Part shown: positions 53,451-63,685 of the stretch, one piece after another
How positions within the stretch are numbered: position 1 is the first letter of the stretch
Layout: the number at the start of each line of letters is the position of its first letter
Assembly: GCA_900617105.1 (NCBI GenBank)
Contig: UYFQ01000023.1
Location: 620,001 to 684,000 of the forward strand
Direction: 5' to 3'
Source: Hydrurus foetidus
Lineage: Eukaryota
Length of the DNA: 64,000 bases
The notes under the pieces: generated by a model
Seen by the model: the letters and a program-made list of their open reading frames with translations, nothing else
Database searches by the model: none
What the model was told of the DNA's origin: nothing
Translations under genes and position numbers: made by a program

Positions 53451-54776
53451 TCACGCCAGCGCCGCATCAAAGGCGGCTTGCGTCTCTGGCAGCCGCAACT
53501 GGCCGGTGATCAGGCGCGGGAGCAGGGTGTCGCGCAGGGTGGCTAGGGTTTGGGCTTGCAGACTGTTCTCGATAAGCATCTCAACGATTGGACCAAGTAC
53601 CGAAGTTGCCGCGTCAAGCACAGTGGCGGTCGGAATGCATACCTTGGCAGCCGTCAGATGCCCGCGCTGGATATGCCCCATCGTGGTTGCTTTACTTGCT
53701 GCGGTTTGCCGGAAGTCGGCCAAGTGGTGGCGCGTCCAGAAGAAGTAGAACCACTTGGGGAAAGTCTCAGACGTGACCTTGAACAAGTGCTGATTCAAAG
53801 CACCTTCACCACCACACCATATTTCCACCTCAAGGCTGCCAGACCAAGAAAACAGCACGTCACCGTTTTTGACGATGTACTCGGGTTTGATACCTCGTGA
53901 TGCTTGGTCTGCACCCACTGTGTCGCCTTTGCGGAGCTGCGCGATTTTGATAACGGGTAAATCGTCATGCCCCGTAGGCGGAAACTTTTGGAGTGCAAGA
54001 CCGTTCAGAAATGCGGCAATGGTGTCAAGTGACTGCACCCGCCACCCCCTCGGCACCAAGCCCAGCTCCGATTCCTCGAAGCTGTGGGGGAACAGCCGGG
54101 CGGAGGCCTCATCCATGCCTTCGGGGGCGCGGCCTTCCAGTTTGGCGCGTACGGGGTCGAAATCGACAAACCACGACTTGAACAGCGCCTGGGCGATGGC
54201 TTCCAGCGTGGCATTGGAAGCACGCAGCAGGGTGATGCGGTCGTCGAGGGTTGACAACGTTGCTGCAATATTTCGCTGGGTCTCTACAGTCGGCAAAGAT
54301 ATGGGGAAGCTCTTGACGTAACCCAGGTTGATTTTGGGCACTCCAGTGTGCTCAGAGTCTCGGATGATTTTGTCGATTGATTCTTGTTGGGCCAAGTAGT
54401 AGTAGACGAACTCGGGATCGGCTTTCGCTGTATCTACGCGCAGTCTCATCTGGTTGGATGACAGAAGGTAGACAGGATGGTCATCGCTTGGAATCAGTCC
54501 GATTTGTCCAAGAGTTCCCTTTTTTGTAAAAATAATGTCGTTTGGGACACAGCAACTCCGCGAAAGTGCTTCGGCTGTTTTGGAGGATACATATACGAAC
54601 TCCCCGCTTTTGAAGCGTTCTTTTCCTTTTGTCAAATTGCTGCCGCGAATCACAGGTATGCCGACTTTGGTGTATGAGCTGCTCGGAAGATTGGAGCCGA
54701 AGGGGCCATCGACCAATCCAGTCTTTCCCGGCAACGCGATTTCAGCCAGCGTGACCGTGCGCCACTCCGCACTCAT
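53451..54776 (-). CDS. hsdS: Type I R-M specificity subunit
   Basis: Two TRDs separated by the conserved LDDRI.L....ATLEAIAQALFKSWF segment; C-terminal LRDTLLPRLITG. Confidence 0.93.
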   Translation of the reverse strand: MSAEWRTVTLAEIALPGKTGLVDGPFGSNLPSSSYTKVGIPVIRGSNLTKGKERFKSGEFVYVSSKTAEALSRSCCVPNDIIFTKKGTLGQIGLIPSDDHPVYLLSSNQMRLRVDTAKADPEFVYYYLAQQESIDKIIRDSEHTGVPKINLGYVKSFPISLPTVETQRNIAATLSTLDDRITLLRASNATLEAIAQALFKSWFVDFDPVRAKLEGRAPEGMDEASARLFPHSFEESELGLVPRGWRVQSLDTIAAFLNGLALQKFPPTGHDDLPVIKIAQLRKGDTVGADQASRGIKPEYIVKNGDVLFSWSGSLEVEIWCGGEGALNQHLFKVTSETFPKWFYFFWTRHHLADFRQTAASKATTMGHIQRGHLTAAKVCIPTATVLDAATSVLGPIVEMLIENSLQAQTLATLRDTLLPRLITGQLRLPETQAAFDAALA

Positions 54777-55072
54777 ACCCCACCCCCCAACACCACTTCA
54801 TCCGGCCTATCCCACATCACCCGGTACGCCTGCACGTACCCCGCCGCAGCCACCGGGTCGATGTCGAAGTAATACCGGCACAGCCGCTTGAACACCACCA
54901 GCATGTCCGGGTCGCAGCAAAGGCCGAGCGTGTGGTCTAGCTGGTGCTCGATGCGCTGCGTGTCCTGCTCGCCGCTTTGGATGATGGCATCCACCTCGGC
55001 GTTGGCCAGCGGCACGGCTTGGCGGAACAGGGCCACCATTTGCCCGGCGAGTTGGTGCAGGTTGTCGGTCAT
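54773..55072 (-). CDS. Small hypothetical protein within the hsd operon
   Basis: 99 aa; overlaps both neighbours by 4 bp (translational coupling). Confidence 0.7.
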   Translation of the reverse strand: MTDNLHQLAGQMVALFRQAVPLANAEVDAIIQSGEQDTQRIEHQLDHTLGLCCDPDMLVVFKRLCRYYFDIDPVAAAGYVQAYRVMWDRPDEVVLGGGV

Positions 55073-56178
55073 GCCTCTTCCTCCTCAACCCCATCCGACT
55101 CCAACGCCCAGCCCTTCAGGCGCTCGGCGATTTGTTCCGGGCTGGGCAACTCGCCCTGAAAACTGGCGGGCAGTTGCGGGGTGACGGTGTAGGTGGCAAT
55201 GCCCAGCGGGCGGGTCATGGTGCGCAGGGCGTACTCCACCATCGTGCGCGTTTTGCTGCGGCAAATGACGATGCCAATGGGTGGGTTTTCACCGTCCATG
55301 CGGTGATGTTGGTCCAACTGATCCAGATAGAACTCGATTTGTCCCTTGTGCTCGGGTTTGAACTCGCCAATCTTCAGTTCAATTGCCACCAGACAGCGCA
55401 GCCGCCGGTGAAACAGCAGCAGGTCGATAAAGTACTCGCGGCCATCGCTTTCCAGCTTGAACTGGTTGCCCACAAAGGTGAAAGCACCGCCCATTTCAGC
55501 CAGAAAACCGCGCAAGTTGGCGACCAGGGATTGCTCCAGTTCGCGCTCGGAGTGCTGCTCGGCCAGTCCCAAGAAGTCAAAGGAATAATGGTCTTTGACG
55601 GCCAGCAGGGCTTGCGCCTTGATGCTGTCTGGGACGGCGTCGTCAAAGTTGGTTTGCCCCAGCAGGTATTGGCGGTAGCTGTGGTTGTCCAGCTGGTGTT
55701 GCAACACGTTTTTTGTCCAGCCAAAGCGGGCGGTGGCGCGCAGGTAAAACTCGCGTTCCAGGTCGTCTTTGCAGCGCGCCATGATGAGCAGATTCTTGGC
55801 CCAACTGATTTCTCTAACCAGCGGTTGGAGTTTTGTTTTGACCGTGTATTCATTGAAAAACTGACGCATCAGCCACAAGTTTTGCGCGGAAAACCCGTTG
55901 CGACCCGGGAATTCCGTCTGCAAATCCCGCGCCAAATTTTCCACCACGGCCTTGCCCCAGCCCAATGTGGCTTGCCGTTGGCTGATGTTTTCACCCAGCC
56001 ACCAGTAAAGCGCCAGCATCTCGCTATTGACGGCCCGAAATGCTTGTAGCTGGCGCTGGTGAATTTGGGTCTTAATCTCCACCAAAAAATCCGCATACCC
56101 CGCAGGCTGCGGGTTGGCGCTTTGCGGCGTGCCGGAAAGTGCAAGAGGTGCTTGCACAATTTTCTTTTTAGAACTCAT
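55069..56178 (-). CDS. YhcG / DUF1016 PD-(D/E)xK nuclease family protein
   Basis: GFSAQNLWLMRQF, KD.Y.FDFL, IDLLLFHR.LRCLVAIELK and PIGIVIC motifs. Confidence 0.92.
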   Translation of the reverse strand: MSSKKKIVQAPLALSGTPQSANPQPAGYADFLVEIKTQIHQRQLQAFRAVNSEMLALYWWLGENISQRQATLGWGKAVVENLARDLQTEFPGRNGFSAQNLWLMRQFFNEYTVKTKLQPLVREISWAKNLLIMARCKDDLEREFYLRATARFGWTKNVLQHQLDNHSYRQYLLGQTNFDDAVPDSIKAQALLAVKDHYSFDFLGLAEQHSERELEQSLVANLRGFLAEMGGAFTFVGNQFKLESDGREYFIDLLLFHRRLRCLVAIELKIGEFKPEHKGQIEFYLDQLDQHHRMDGENPPIGIVICRSKTRTMVEYALRTMTRPLGIATYTVTPQLPASFQGELPSPEQIAERLKGWALESDGVEEEEA

Positions 56179-57721
56179 ACCCCAACCCTCCCAGCTTGGC
56201 GCGTATCAACTGGTCCAGCTCCGCACCCTTGGCCATTTGATCGCTTAAGCGTTCGGTGAGCTGCTGCATCTTGGTGGCGAAGTCTTCGTCGTTGTCTTCG
56301 ACTTCTTCCGCGCCCACGTAGCGTCCAGGGGTGAGGACGTGGCCGTGCTGGGCGATCTCGGCCAGCGGCACGCTGCGGCAAAAGCCCGCGATGTCGGCGT
56401 AGTCACCCGCATCAGGCTCCCCACGCCATGCTGCCACGGTGGAGGCGATGCGCTCGATCACCGCATCGGTCAGCTCAGACTGCACGCGGCTGATCATGGT
56501 GGCTTGTTTGCGGGCATCAATGAACAGCACTTCGCCCTTGCGGTGCGTCTTCGTCTTGACCAAGAACCACAGGCACGCCGGAATCTGGGTGTTGAAGAAC
56601 AATTGGCCGGGTAACGCCACCATGACCTCGACCACATCGGCATCCACCATGGCGGCGCGGATGGTGCCCTCAGAGTTTTGGCTGGAACTCATGGAGCCAT
56701 TCGCCAGCACAATGCCCGCGCGGCCAGTCGGTTTGAGGTGGTGCAGCATGTGTTGCAGCCACGCATAGTTGGCATTTCCCGGCGGCGGGTCGCCATGCAC
56801 CCAGCGCGGGTCACCCGTCAAGCTGCCGTGCCACCAGTCGCTGATATTGAAGGGCGGGTTCGCCAGAATGAAGTCGGCCCGTAGGTCGGCATGTTGGTTG
56901 CGGGTGAAGGTGTCGCCCGGTTCACGGCCCAGGTTGAAGTCGATGCCGCGAATGGCAAGGTTCATGGCCGCCAGCCGCCACGTGGTGGGGTTGGCTTCCT
57001 GGCCGTAGATGGACACGTCACCTAGCTTGCCGCCGTGGGCTTCGATGAACTTTTCGGATTGAACGAACATGCCGCCAGAGCCGCAGCAGGGGTCATAGAC
57101 CTTGCCGCTGTGGGGGCTGAGCACGGCAACCAGTGTCTTGACGATGCTGGCTGGGGTGTAGAACTGTCCGCCGCGCTTGCCTTCGGCGCTGGCGAACATG
57201 CCCAGAAAGTATTCGTACACCTGGCCCAAAATGTCGCGGGCCGTGCTGGGGTTGTCGCCAAAGCCTATGGTGGACACCAAGTCAACCAGCTCACCCAGCT
57301 TGCCATCGGGCAACTGTGCGCGGGCGTAGCGTTTGTCCAGAATGCCTTTGAGCTTGGCGTTCTCCGTCTCGATCAGTGTCAGGGCCTCATCAATGCGCTT
57401 GCCAATGTCCGGTTGCTTGGCAGCAGCACGCAGACTTTCCCAGCGGGCAAGTTCTGGCACCCAGAAGGCGTTGACCTCTTTGTAATAGTCGCGGTCTTCC
57501 AGTTCCTGATCCAGATCAGCGGGGGTGGCGTTGGCAAAGAAATAGTCGTCTGCCGGGTTGGTGAGGCGCGTGGTCAGCTCAGCACGGCGGGCGGCAAAGG
57601 TGTCAGAGATGTACTTGACGAAGATGAGGCCGAGCACCAGGTGCTTGTATTCGGCGGCGTCCATGTTGGCACGCAGCTTGTCAGCCGTGGCCCAGAGTGT
57701 TTTTTTAATGTCTTCGAGCAT
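56168..57721 (-). CDS. hsdM: Type I R-M methyltransferase subunit (m6A)
   Basis: LW..ADKLR, GQFYTP, DPCCGSGG and NPPF motifs. Confidence 0.97.
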   Translation of the reverse strand: MLEDIKKTLWATADKLRANMDAAEYKHLVLGLIFVKYISDTFAARRAELTTRLTNPADDYFFANATPADLDQELEDRDYYKEVNAFWVPELARWESLRAAAKQPDIGKRIDEALTLIETENAKLKGILDKRYARAQLPDGKLGELVDLVSTIGFGDNPSTARDILGQVYEYFLGMFASAEGKRGGQFYTPASIVKTLVAVLSPHSGKVYDPCCGSGGMFVQSEKFIEAHGGKLGDVSIYGQEANPTTWRLAAMNLAIRGIDFNLGREPGDTFTRNQHADLRADFILANPPFNISDWWHGSLTGDPRWVHGDPPPGNANYAWLQHMLHHLKPTGRAGIVLANGSMSSSQNSEGTIRAAMVDADVVEVMVALPGQLFFNTQIPACLWFLVKTKTHRKGEVLFIDARKQATMISRVQSELTDAVIERIASTVAAWRGEPDAGDYADIAGFCRSVPLAEIAQHGHVLTPGRYVGAEEVEDNDEDFATKMQQLTERLSDQMAKGAELDQLIRAKLGGLGYEF

Positions 57722-57880
57722 GAATCAGTGTCCCTTGGAACCAACAGGCTTTGGTTCCTTTCTGGCGATTATGACGGGCGGCAGCAGGCAGGTGATTTGC
57801 GCCATCATCCCCAGCGGGTTGGAGATGGCGTCGATTTGGCTGCGCAATTCGCCTGTGGGCTTGGGGGGCGTCCCGCCATG

Positions 57881-57917
57881 AAAAAAGCCGCAAATTCCTG
57901 GGGGAATGTGCGGCTTT
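57881..57917 (-). terminator. Intrinsic terminator downstream of tRNA-Ser
   Basis: Minus strand reads AAAGCCGCA...TGCGGCTTTTTT. Confidence 0.8.
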
Positions 57918-57926
57918 AAAGTGTTT

Positions 57927-58016
57927 TGGCGGAAGCTGTGAGATTCGAACTCACGGAGGACTCACATCCTCGCCAGTTTTCAAGACTGGTGCATTCAACC
58001 GCTCTGCCAAGCTTCC
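57927..58016 (-). tRNA. tRNA-Ser (TGA)
   Basis: GGAAGCT acceptor stem, anticodon arm CCAGT-CTTGAAA-ACTGG, long variable arm, GTTCGAATC T-loop, encoded CCA; 90 nt. Confidence 0.97.
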
Positions 58017-58035
58017 TTTGTTGAAGGCCTGGATT

Positions 58036-59283
58036 CTAACCGGGCAAAAACAGAGATTGCAGGTCGCTCAGGAAATCAAAGCCTTTTTCTGTGGGCTGGA
58101 TGCGGTCTAGGCTGTGCGCGATCAGGCCTTTGGCCTCACCTAAGGCTAAGCCTCGCTGTATCGCCGTCATGGCAAGGCCGGTGCGCTCTGAAAACTGTAG
58201 CGTCTCTACGCCTTCACGCAGGCGCAGGGCGTTCAGCATGTACTCGAAGGGCAAATCGGCGCGGCTGATTTCTTCTTCTTTGGCGAGGGGATTACCGCGC
58301 AGTGCGTTGTCCATGTAGAGTTTGGGCTCGCGCAGGCGCACTTGGCGGATGACGCGGTGGGGGAAGCTGAGCTTGCTGTGGGCACCGGCACCGATGCCTA
58401 GGTAGTCGCCAAACTGCCAGTAGTTCAGGTTGTGCCAGCAGCGGTGGCCGGGATGGGCGTAGGCGGAGACTTCGTAGCGTTCCATGCCTTGCAGGCCCGT
58501 CAATTCGGTGATGCGGTCTAGCATGGCGTAGGCATCGTCGTCTTCGGGGATGGTGGGCGGGTACTTGGCGAAGTAGGTGTTGGGCTCAATCGTCAGGTGG
58601 TAGATAGAGATGTGTTTGGGCGCTAGCGCAAAGGCCACCTGCATGTCTTGCTCTAATTGTTGTAGCGTTTGGCCTGGCAGCGCGTACATGATGTCGAGGT
58701 TGAAGGTGTCGAACGCACTGGCGGCTTCTTCGACGGCGGCGATGGCTTGGGCACGGTCGTGGACGCGGCCCAGGGCTTTGAGGTGGTCGTCGTTGAAGCT
58801 TTGCACGCCAACAGAAAGGCGGTTGACACCGGCGCTGCGAAAGGCGCGGAAGCGGTCTTTCTCGAAGGTTCCGGGGTTGGCCTCCAGGGTGATTTCACAG
58901 TCGGGCGTGAGCTTGAGGCGGGCGCGAACGCCGCCCAGCAGCTGGTCAATCGACTGGGGCGAAAACAGGCTGGGGGTGCCACCACCGATGAAGATGCTGT
59001 GGACGGTGCGGCCCCAAATCAGGGGCAAGGCGGATTCCAGATCGGCGAAGAGCGCATCGAGGTAGCGCTTCTCGGGCAATTCGGCGGCGCTGTCACCAGG
59101 GCGGAATTCATGTGAATTGAAGTCGCAGTACGGGCACTTTTTAAGGCACCAAGGCAGATGGATGTAGAGCGACAGCGGCGGCAGAGCGGGGAGTTGCAGC
59201 AGGCCGGGACGCAAATAAAAATTCACATCTTTGGGCATGGCGGGCAAGTCCGCTTCGGGGGTGATGTTCAGAATGCGAGCCAT
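58036..59283 (-). CDS. hemW: Radical SAM heme chaperone HemW (HemN-like)
   Basis: YIHLPWCLKKCPYCDFNS, GGGTPS and HNLNYW motifs. Confidence 0.93.
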   Translation of the reverse strand: MARILNITPEADLPAMPKDVNFYLRPGLLQLPALPPLSLYIHLPWCLKKCPYCDFNSHEFRPGDSAAELPEKRYLDALFADLESALPLIWGRTVHSIFIGGGTPSLFSPQSIDQLLGGVRARLKLTPDCEITLEANPGTFEKDRFRAFRSAGVNRLSVGVQSFNDDHLKALGRVHDRAQAIAAVEEAASAFDTFNLDIMYALPGQTLQQLEQDMQVAFALAPKHISIYHLTIEPNTYFAKYPPTIPEDDDAYAMLDRITELTGLQGMERYEVSAYAHPGHRCWHNLNYWQFGDYLGIGAGAHSKLSFPHRVIRQVRLREPKLYMDNALRGNPLAKEEEISRADLPFEYMLNALRLREGVETLQFSERTGLAMTAIQRGLALGEAKGLIAHSLDRIQPTEKGFDFLSDLQSLFLPG

Positions 59284-59873
59284 CGGGTACGGATCAGTTC
59301 AAGCATGGCCTTGGCGGCTTGGCCTCGGTGGCTGTGGGCGTTTTTAACGTCGGGGGGGAGTTGGGCGAAGGTTTTGCCGAACGAGGGGATGAACATCACC
59401 GGGTCAAAGCCGAAGCCCTCGGTACCGATGGGCTCACGGGTGATTTCACCGGCGACACGGCCCACGGCGATCAGCGGTTCGGGGTCTTGCGGGCTGCGCA
59501 CGGCCACCAGGGTGCTGACCAGGGCGGCGCGGCGGTTGGGCACATCGGCCATTTGTTCGAGCAAAGCGCGGACGTTGTTGTCGTCGCCTTTGGCGTAGCC
59601 AAATTGGGTGGCGTAAAAGGCGGTGTCTACGCCGGGCAGGCCGCCGAAAGCATCGACGCACAGACCCGCATCGTCGGCCATCGCAGGCAGGCCGCTGTGC
59701 TGCGCGGCGTGGCGGGCTTTGGCGAGCGCGTTTTCGACGAAGGTGCGAAAGGGTTCATCCGCTTCGGCGATGCCCAACTGGCCTTGTGCGACCAGCGTGA
59801 GGCCCAGGGGGGCGAACAGGCTGTGCAGCTCGGTCAGCTTGCCGGGGTTGTTGGAGGCGAGTACCAGCTTCAT
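59268..59873 (-). CDS. rdgB: dITP/XTP pyrophosphatase
   Basis: ASNNPGK, ENALAKA, GFGFDP and SHR motifs. Confidence 0.95.
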   Translation of the reverse strand: MKLVLASNNPGKLTELHSLFAPLGLTLVAQGQLGIAEADEPFRTFVENALAKARHAAQHSGLPAMADDAGLCVDAFGGLPGVDTAFYATQFGYAKGDDNNVRALLEQMADVPNRRAALVSTLVAVRSPQDPEPLIAVGRVAGEITREPIGTEGFGFDPVMFIPSFGKTFAQLPPDVKNAHSHRGQAAKAMLELIRTRWLAF

Positions 59874-59874
59874 G

Positions 59875-60648
59875 TCAACGTGGCCGTTGGAGCGCAGCTT
59901 GCTGCAAAAGGGTCAACTCGGCGATGCCTTTTTCAGCCAACGCGAGCAGGGTGTCCATTTGCGGGCGGGTGAAGGCGGCGCCTTCTGCGGTGCCCTGCAC
60001 TTCCACAAAATGACCGGCGCCGGTCATCACCACGTTCATGTCAGTGTCGCAGCGGGAATCTTCGGTGTAGTCCAAATCCAACAGCGCTTGCTCACCGAGC
60101 AAACCCACAGAGATGGCGGCGATGCTGCCCGTGAGGGGCGATGCGGTCAGCTTGCCACTGGCCAGCAGGGTGTTCACCGCGTCTTGTGCTGCCACAAAAG
60201 CGCCGGTGATGCTGGCGGTGCGGGTGCCGCCGTCAGCCTGGAGCACGTCGCAATCGAGATGGATGGTGCGTTCGCCCAGTTTTTTGAGGTCAAACACGGC
60301 ACGCATGGCACGGCCAATCAGGCGCTGGATTTCTTGCGTGCGGCCCGTTTGCTTGCCGCGTGCGGCTTCGCGGTCGCTTCGGTTGTGGGTGGCGCGGGGC
60401 AGCATGCCGTATTCCGCTGTAACCCAGCCTTCTCCGCTGCCTTTTTTGTGGCTGGGTACTTTTTCTTCGACCGAGGCGGTACACAGCACTTTGGTGTCAC
60501 CAAATTCGATCAGCACCGAGCCTTCGGCGTGGATGGTGTAGCCACGGGTGATGCGCACGGGGCGCAGCTGATCGGGCTGGCGAGTGCCACGCAGGGATAG
60601 CGCTGAAGTAGAAACGGTGCCAATGGCACCGGTTGGGGTAGAGGTCAT
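59875..60648 (-). CDS. rph: Ribonuclease PH
   Basis: [22 protein letters not shown] and QADGGTRTA motifs. Confidence 0.97.
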   Translation of the reverse strand: MTSTPTGAIGTVSTSALSLRGTRQPDQLRPVRITRGYTIHAEGSVLIEFGDTKVLCTASVEEKVPSHKKGSGEGWVTAEYGMLPRATHNRSDREAARGKQTGRTQEIQRLIGRAMRAVFDLKKLGERTIHLDCDVLQADGGTRTASITGAFVAAQDAVNTLLASGKLTASPLTGSIAAISVGLLGEQALLDLDYTEDSRCDTDMNVVMTGAGHFVEVQGTAEGAAFTRPQMDTLLALAEKGIAELTLLQQAALQRPR

Positions 60649-60677
60649 AAAGGTTTTAAGCGGGGGTTAAGACGTGG

Positions 60678-61586
60678 CTAAGACTTGGTTACCCTGTTCG
60701 CACCACGCCGAATAGCTTCGTTTATTTCGGCAATGGTGCGTTCAATGGCGGCATCGTCTAAATCATCATCAAAACCATCCATTTCTCCAGCCTGGATGGT
60801 GGTGGCGAAGACATCGTTGCTCAGGCCATCGGTAGAGATGCCTCGGCTAGAGTCAAAATGGTCGGGCGTTTCCCACTCCAACGCCAGGGCGGTCACGTTG
60901 TCGCTGCGCGCACCGGCTTTGCGCAAGGCGTGTTCTACCAGCTCGGGGATGGCTTCGGTCACAGGTAAATCGGTGAGGTACTGCACGATTTCGGCATCGC
61001 TGACCTGATCCCAAAGGCCGTCAGAGCACAGCATGATTTTGTCGCGGTGTTGCAACAGCATGGGGCCGGTCACGTCAAACACGGGCTTGGACGGAGAACC
61101 CAGGCAGGTGAACAAAATGTTGCGGTTAATCATCTCCAGCGGCAGGCTGCTGATGTCTTTGTGCTCAGCATAAGAGTGGTCGCGGGTGCGAACCAACAAA
61201 GCACCATCGCGAACCACGTAAAGCCGTGAGTCACCGCAGTGAATCCAGTGGGCTGCGCCGTTTTGCAGCACAGCTGCCACCAAGGTGGTGCGTGGGGTGT
61301 CCAGCATCCCAGCCTCACTGGCGTAGCGCACGATTTGATGGTGGGCAGCCATCAATGCCGTGGTCAAAAATTCGGTCACATCGGTCACACTGGGCTTTGC
61401 ACGCTTTTGGTACAGCGCAGACATAGTTTGCAGCGCCATGCGGGCGGCAACCTCACCTTCAGGGTGGCCCCCCATGCCATCGGCCAGCAAAAAAAGACCG
61501 GACTCACGGGTATAGCAATAGCCCATGCGGTCTTCGTTTTTCTGACGGCCACCCCGACGGCTGACCTGAAAAACGGAAAACTTCAT
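60678..61586 (-). CDS. PP2C family Ser/Thr phosphatase
   Basis: NED, ADGMGGH, GDSR, CSDGL and DNVT motifs. Confidence 0.93.
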   Translation of the reverse strand: MKFSVFQVSRRGGRQKNEDRMGYCYTRESGLFLLADGMGGHPEGEVAARMALQTMSALYQKRAKPSVTDVTEFLTTALMAAHHQIVRYASEAGMLDTPRTTLVAAVLQNGAAHWIHCGDSRLYVVRDGALLVRTRDHSYAEHKDISSLPLEMINRNILFTCLGSPSKPVFDVTGPMLLQHRDKIMLCSDGLWDQVSDAEIVQYLTDLPVTEAIPELVEHALRKAGARSDNVTALALEWETPDHFDSSRGISTDGLSNDVFATTIQAGEMDGFDDDLDDAAIERTIAEINEAIRRGANRVTKS

Positions 61587-62590
61587 TTCGATTTGTTACC
61601 CGTTCCAGCGACGCGGCGCATGTTCTTCTTGGTGTCACTGACCATCGCGTCGAATTGCACGCGCATTTTTTCAGCAACCGATAACTTGGTGTATTTGCGC
61701 TCGCCTTCGCGGCTGAGTTCTTTTTGAAGTGCAAACACAGACTGCGGGCGCTCTAAGGCGTCCAACGACATGCACCACTCGACGATTTCAATCAAGTTAT
61801 CTGAATACACGCCTCGCAAGCGCGACAGCGACAAGGTAAGGCGGTCTTTCTCAAGGCGCTGCGGAGCATCGTTGGGTGGGTAGCCTTGCATACAGGCGTA
61901 AATGCAAGCGCCAATGGCGTAAATATCCGTCCACGGCCCCATCGCGGTATCGCGTCGGTACATCTCGGGCGCGGCAAAACCAGGGGTGTACATAGGGCGA
62001 ATGAAGTTGCCTTCTTTGCTCAGCACTTCGCGGGCAGCGCCGAAATCGATCATCACAGCTTTGTTTTCATCGGTGATGAAAATATTGGCGGGTTTGATGT
62101 CCAAGTGCAGCATCTTGTGTTGATGCACGATGCGCAAACCGCGCAAAATTTCGTCAAACAAAGAGCGGATGGTGGATTCGCGAAAGACTTTTTGCTTCTT
62201 CAAGTCCCGCGCAGTGATGATGAAATCTTGCAGGGTGCCACCCTCCAAAAAGTTCATCACCATGTAGACGGTTTCGTTTTCACGAAAGAAATTGAGCACG
62301 CTCACCACAGAAGCGTGGGAGATCTGCGCCAGCGACCGGCCTTCTTCAAAAAAGCTTTTCAGGCCGAGGCGGTATAACGAGAGTTTTTCAGGCTGCACTT
62401 GGGGCAGCAATTCACCGGGTGCGCGCGTGGCCAGTGAGGTTGGCATGTACTCTTTGATAGCGACTTCTTGGCCTTGCTTGTCCAGCGCCAAATACACCAA
62501 ACCGAAGCCGCCAGCAGACAGTTTCTTGACGACTTTATAACCCCCAATCATAGTATCAGGGGGGAGCGATGAGGGTTTTACCTTTGACAT
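61583..62590 (-). CDS. Hanks-type Ser/Thr protein kinase
   Basis: GGFGLVY, AIKE, HLDIKPAN, DFG and APE motifs. Confidence 0.93.
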   Translation of the reverse strand: MSKVKPSSLPPDTMIGGYKVVKKLSAGGFGLVYLALDKQGQEVAIKEYMPTSLATRAPGELLPQVQPEKLSLYRLGLKSFFEEGRSLAQISHASVVSVLNFFRENETVYMVMNFLEGGTLQDFIITARDLKKQKVFRESTIRSLFDEILRGLRIVHQHKMLHLDIKPANIFITDENKAVMIDFGAAREVLSKEGNFIRPMYTPGFAAPEMYRRDTAMGPWTDIYAIGACIYACMQGYPPNDAPQRLEKDRLTLSLSRLRGVYSDNLIEIVEWCMSLDALERPQSVFALQKELSREGERKYTKLSVAEKMRVQFDAMVSDTKKNMRRVAGTGNKSK

Positions 62591-62692
62591 AATCGCGTGA
62601 GTGGAAACGGGCTGAATAACGCTAAAAACCTGCGTTGCTTAAGGCCAATTTTCGCCAGATTTTCCTGTTTTTATAACCATCAAAAGAGCCAA

Positions 62693-63670
62693 ATGCCAGT
62701 TTACAGCATGACGGGTTATGCCAATGCGCAAACCCACGCAGCCTCACCTACTGAGGCGGTAATTGGAAGCGGTGCCTCGACGTTGGTGACACCCAACAGC
62801 ATGGGTGCGACCGCCTCCAGCCCGACAGTATCGGCTTCGACTGTGCGCCTAGGTCTGGAGTTGCGCTCGGTCAACAGCCGTTTTTTGGACATTGCGTTTC
62901 GCCTACCTGACGAACTACGGCAATATGAACCGGCACTGCGCGACCTGATTCAAACCCATTGCAAGCGCGGCAAAGTGGAATTGCGTGCCAATTTGGACAA
63001 CACCGCCAGCAGTGCGGTGCCAGAACCCTCACCCCGCTTGCTACAGCGCCTGTCGATGCTGCAAAGCAAAGTGCAAAGCTGGTTGCCTGACGTAGTGCCG
63101 CTCAGCGTGGTGGACGTGCTGCGGCTGTCAGCCACCGAAAGCACAAGCCCCAAAGATTGGGGGCCAGAGATCATGGCGCTGGGCAAGGCCGTTGTCACGG
63201 ATTTGCTCGAATCGCGCCAGCGTGAGGGCGCGCGTTTGGCAACCATGTTGCACGAGCGTTTAGCGTCTCTGCGCGCCCTGGTGCTGCAAGCCACCCCCTT
63301 GGTGCCACAATTAATGGAGCAGCAACGCTTGCGTTTTCTTGAACGCTGGAAAGAGGCTTTGAATTTGGCCGATGCCCATGCATTGCCGGAGACGGCACGA
63401 GAGCGAGCACTGACTGAGGCCGCTGCCTTTGCCATCCGAGTGGACGTATCAGAAGAATTAACGCGCCTGGGCTCACACCTGGACGAAATTGCGCGCTTAC
63501 TGACCAAAGGTGGCGACATGGGCAAGCGGTTGGATTTCTTGATTCAAGAGCTGCACCGCGAAGCCAATACTCTGGGGTCTAAATCCAGCGTGCTGGAAAT
63601 GACACGGATCAGTGTGGATATGAAAGTACTGATCGAGCAAATGCGCGAGCAAGTGCAAAATATCGAATAA
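62693..63670 (+). CDS. yicC: YicC/YloC family endoribonuclease
   Basis: SMTGY, RSVNSRFLD and LDFLIQELHREANTLGSK motifs. Confidence 0.93.
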   Translation: MPVYSMTGYANAQTHAASPTEAVIGSGASTLVTPNSMGATASSPTVSASTVRLGLELRSVNSRFLDIAFRLPDELRQYEPALRDLIQTHCKRGKVELRANLDNTASSAVPEPSPRLLQRLSMLQSKVQSWLPDVVPLSVVDVLRLSATESTSPKDWGPEIMALGKAVVTDLLESRQREGARLATMLHERLASLRALVLQATPLVPQLMEQQRLRFLERWKEALNLADAHALPETARERALTEAAAFAIRVDVSEELTRLGSHLDEIARLLTKGGDMGKRLDFLIQELHREANTLGSKSSVLEMTRISVDMKVLIEQMREQVQNIE

Positions 63671-63685
63671 AAATACGGTGCAACT

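Noticed and set aside
53451..54776. Possible hsdS phase variation (shufflon)
   Set aside because: Single hsdS, with no recombinase, silent TRD copies or obvious simple-sequence tract.
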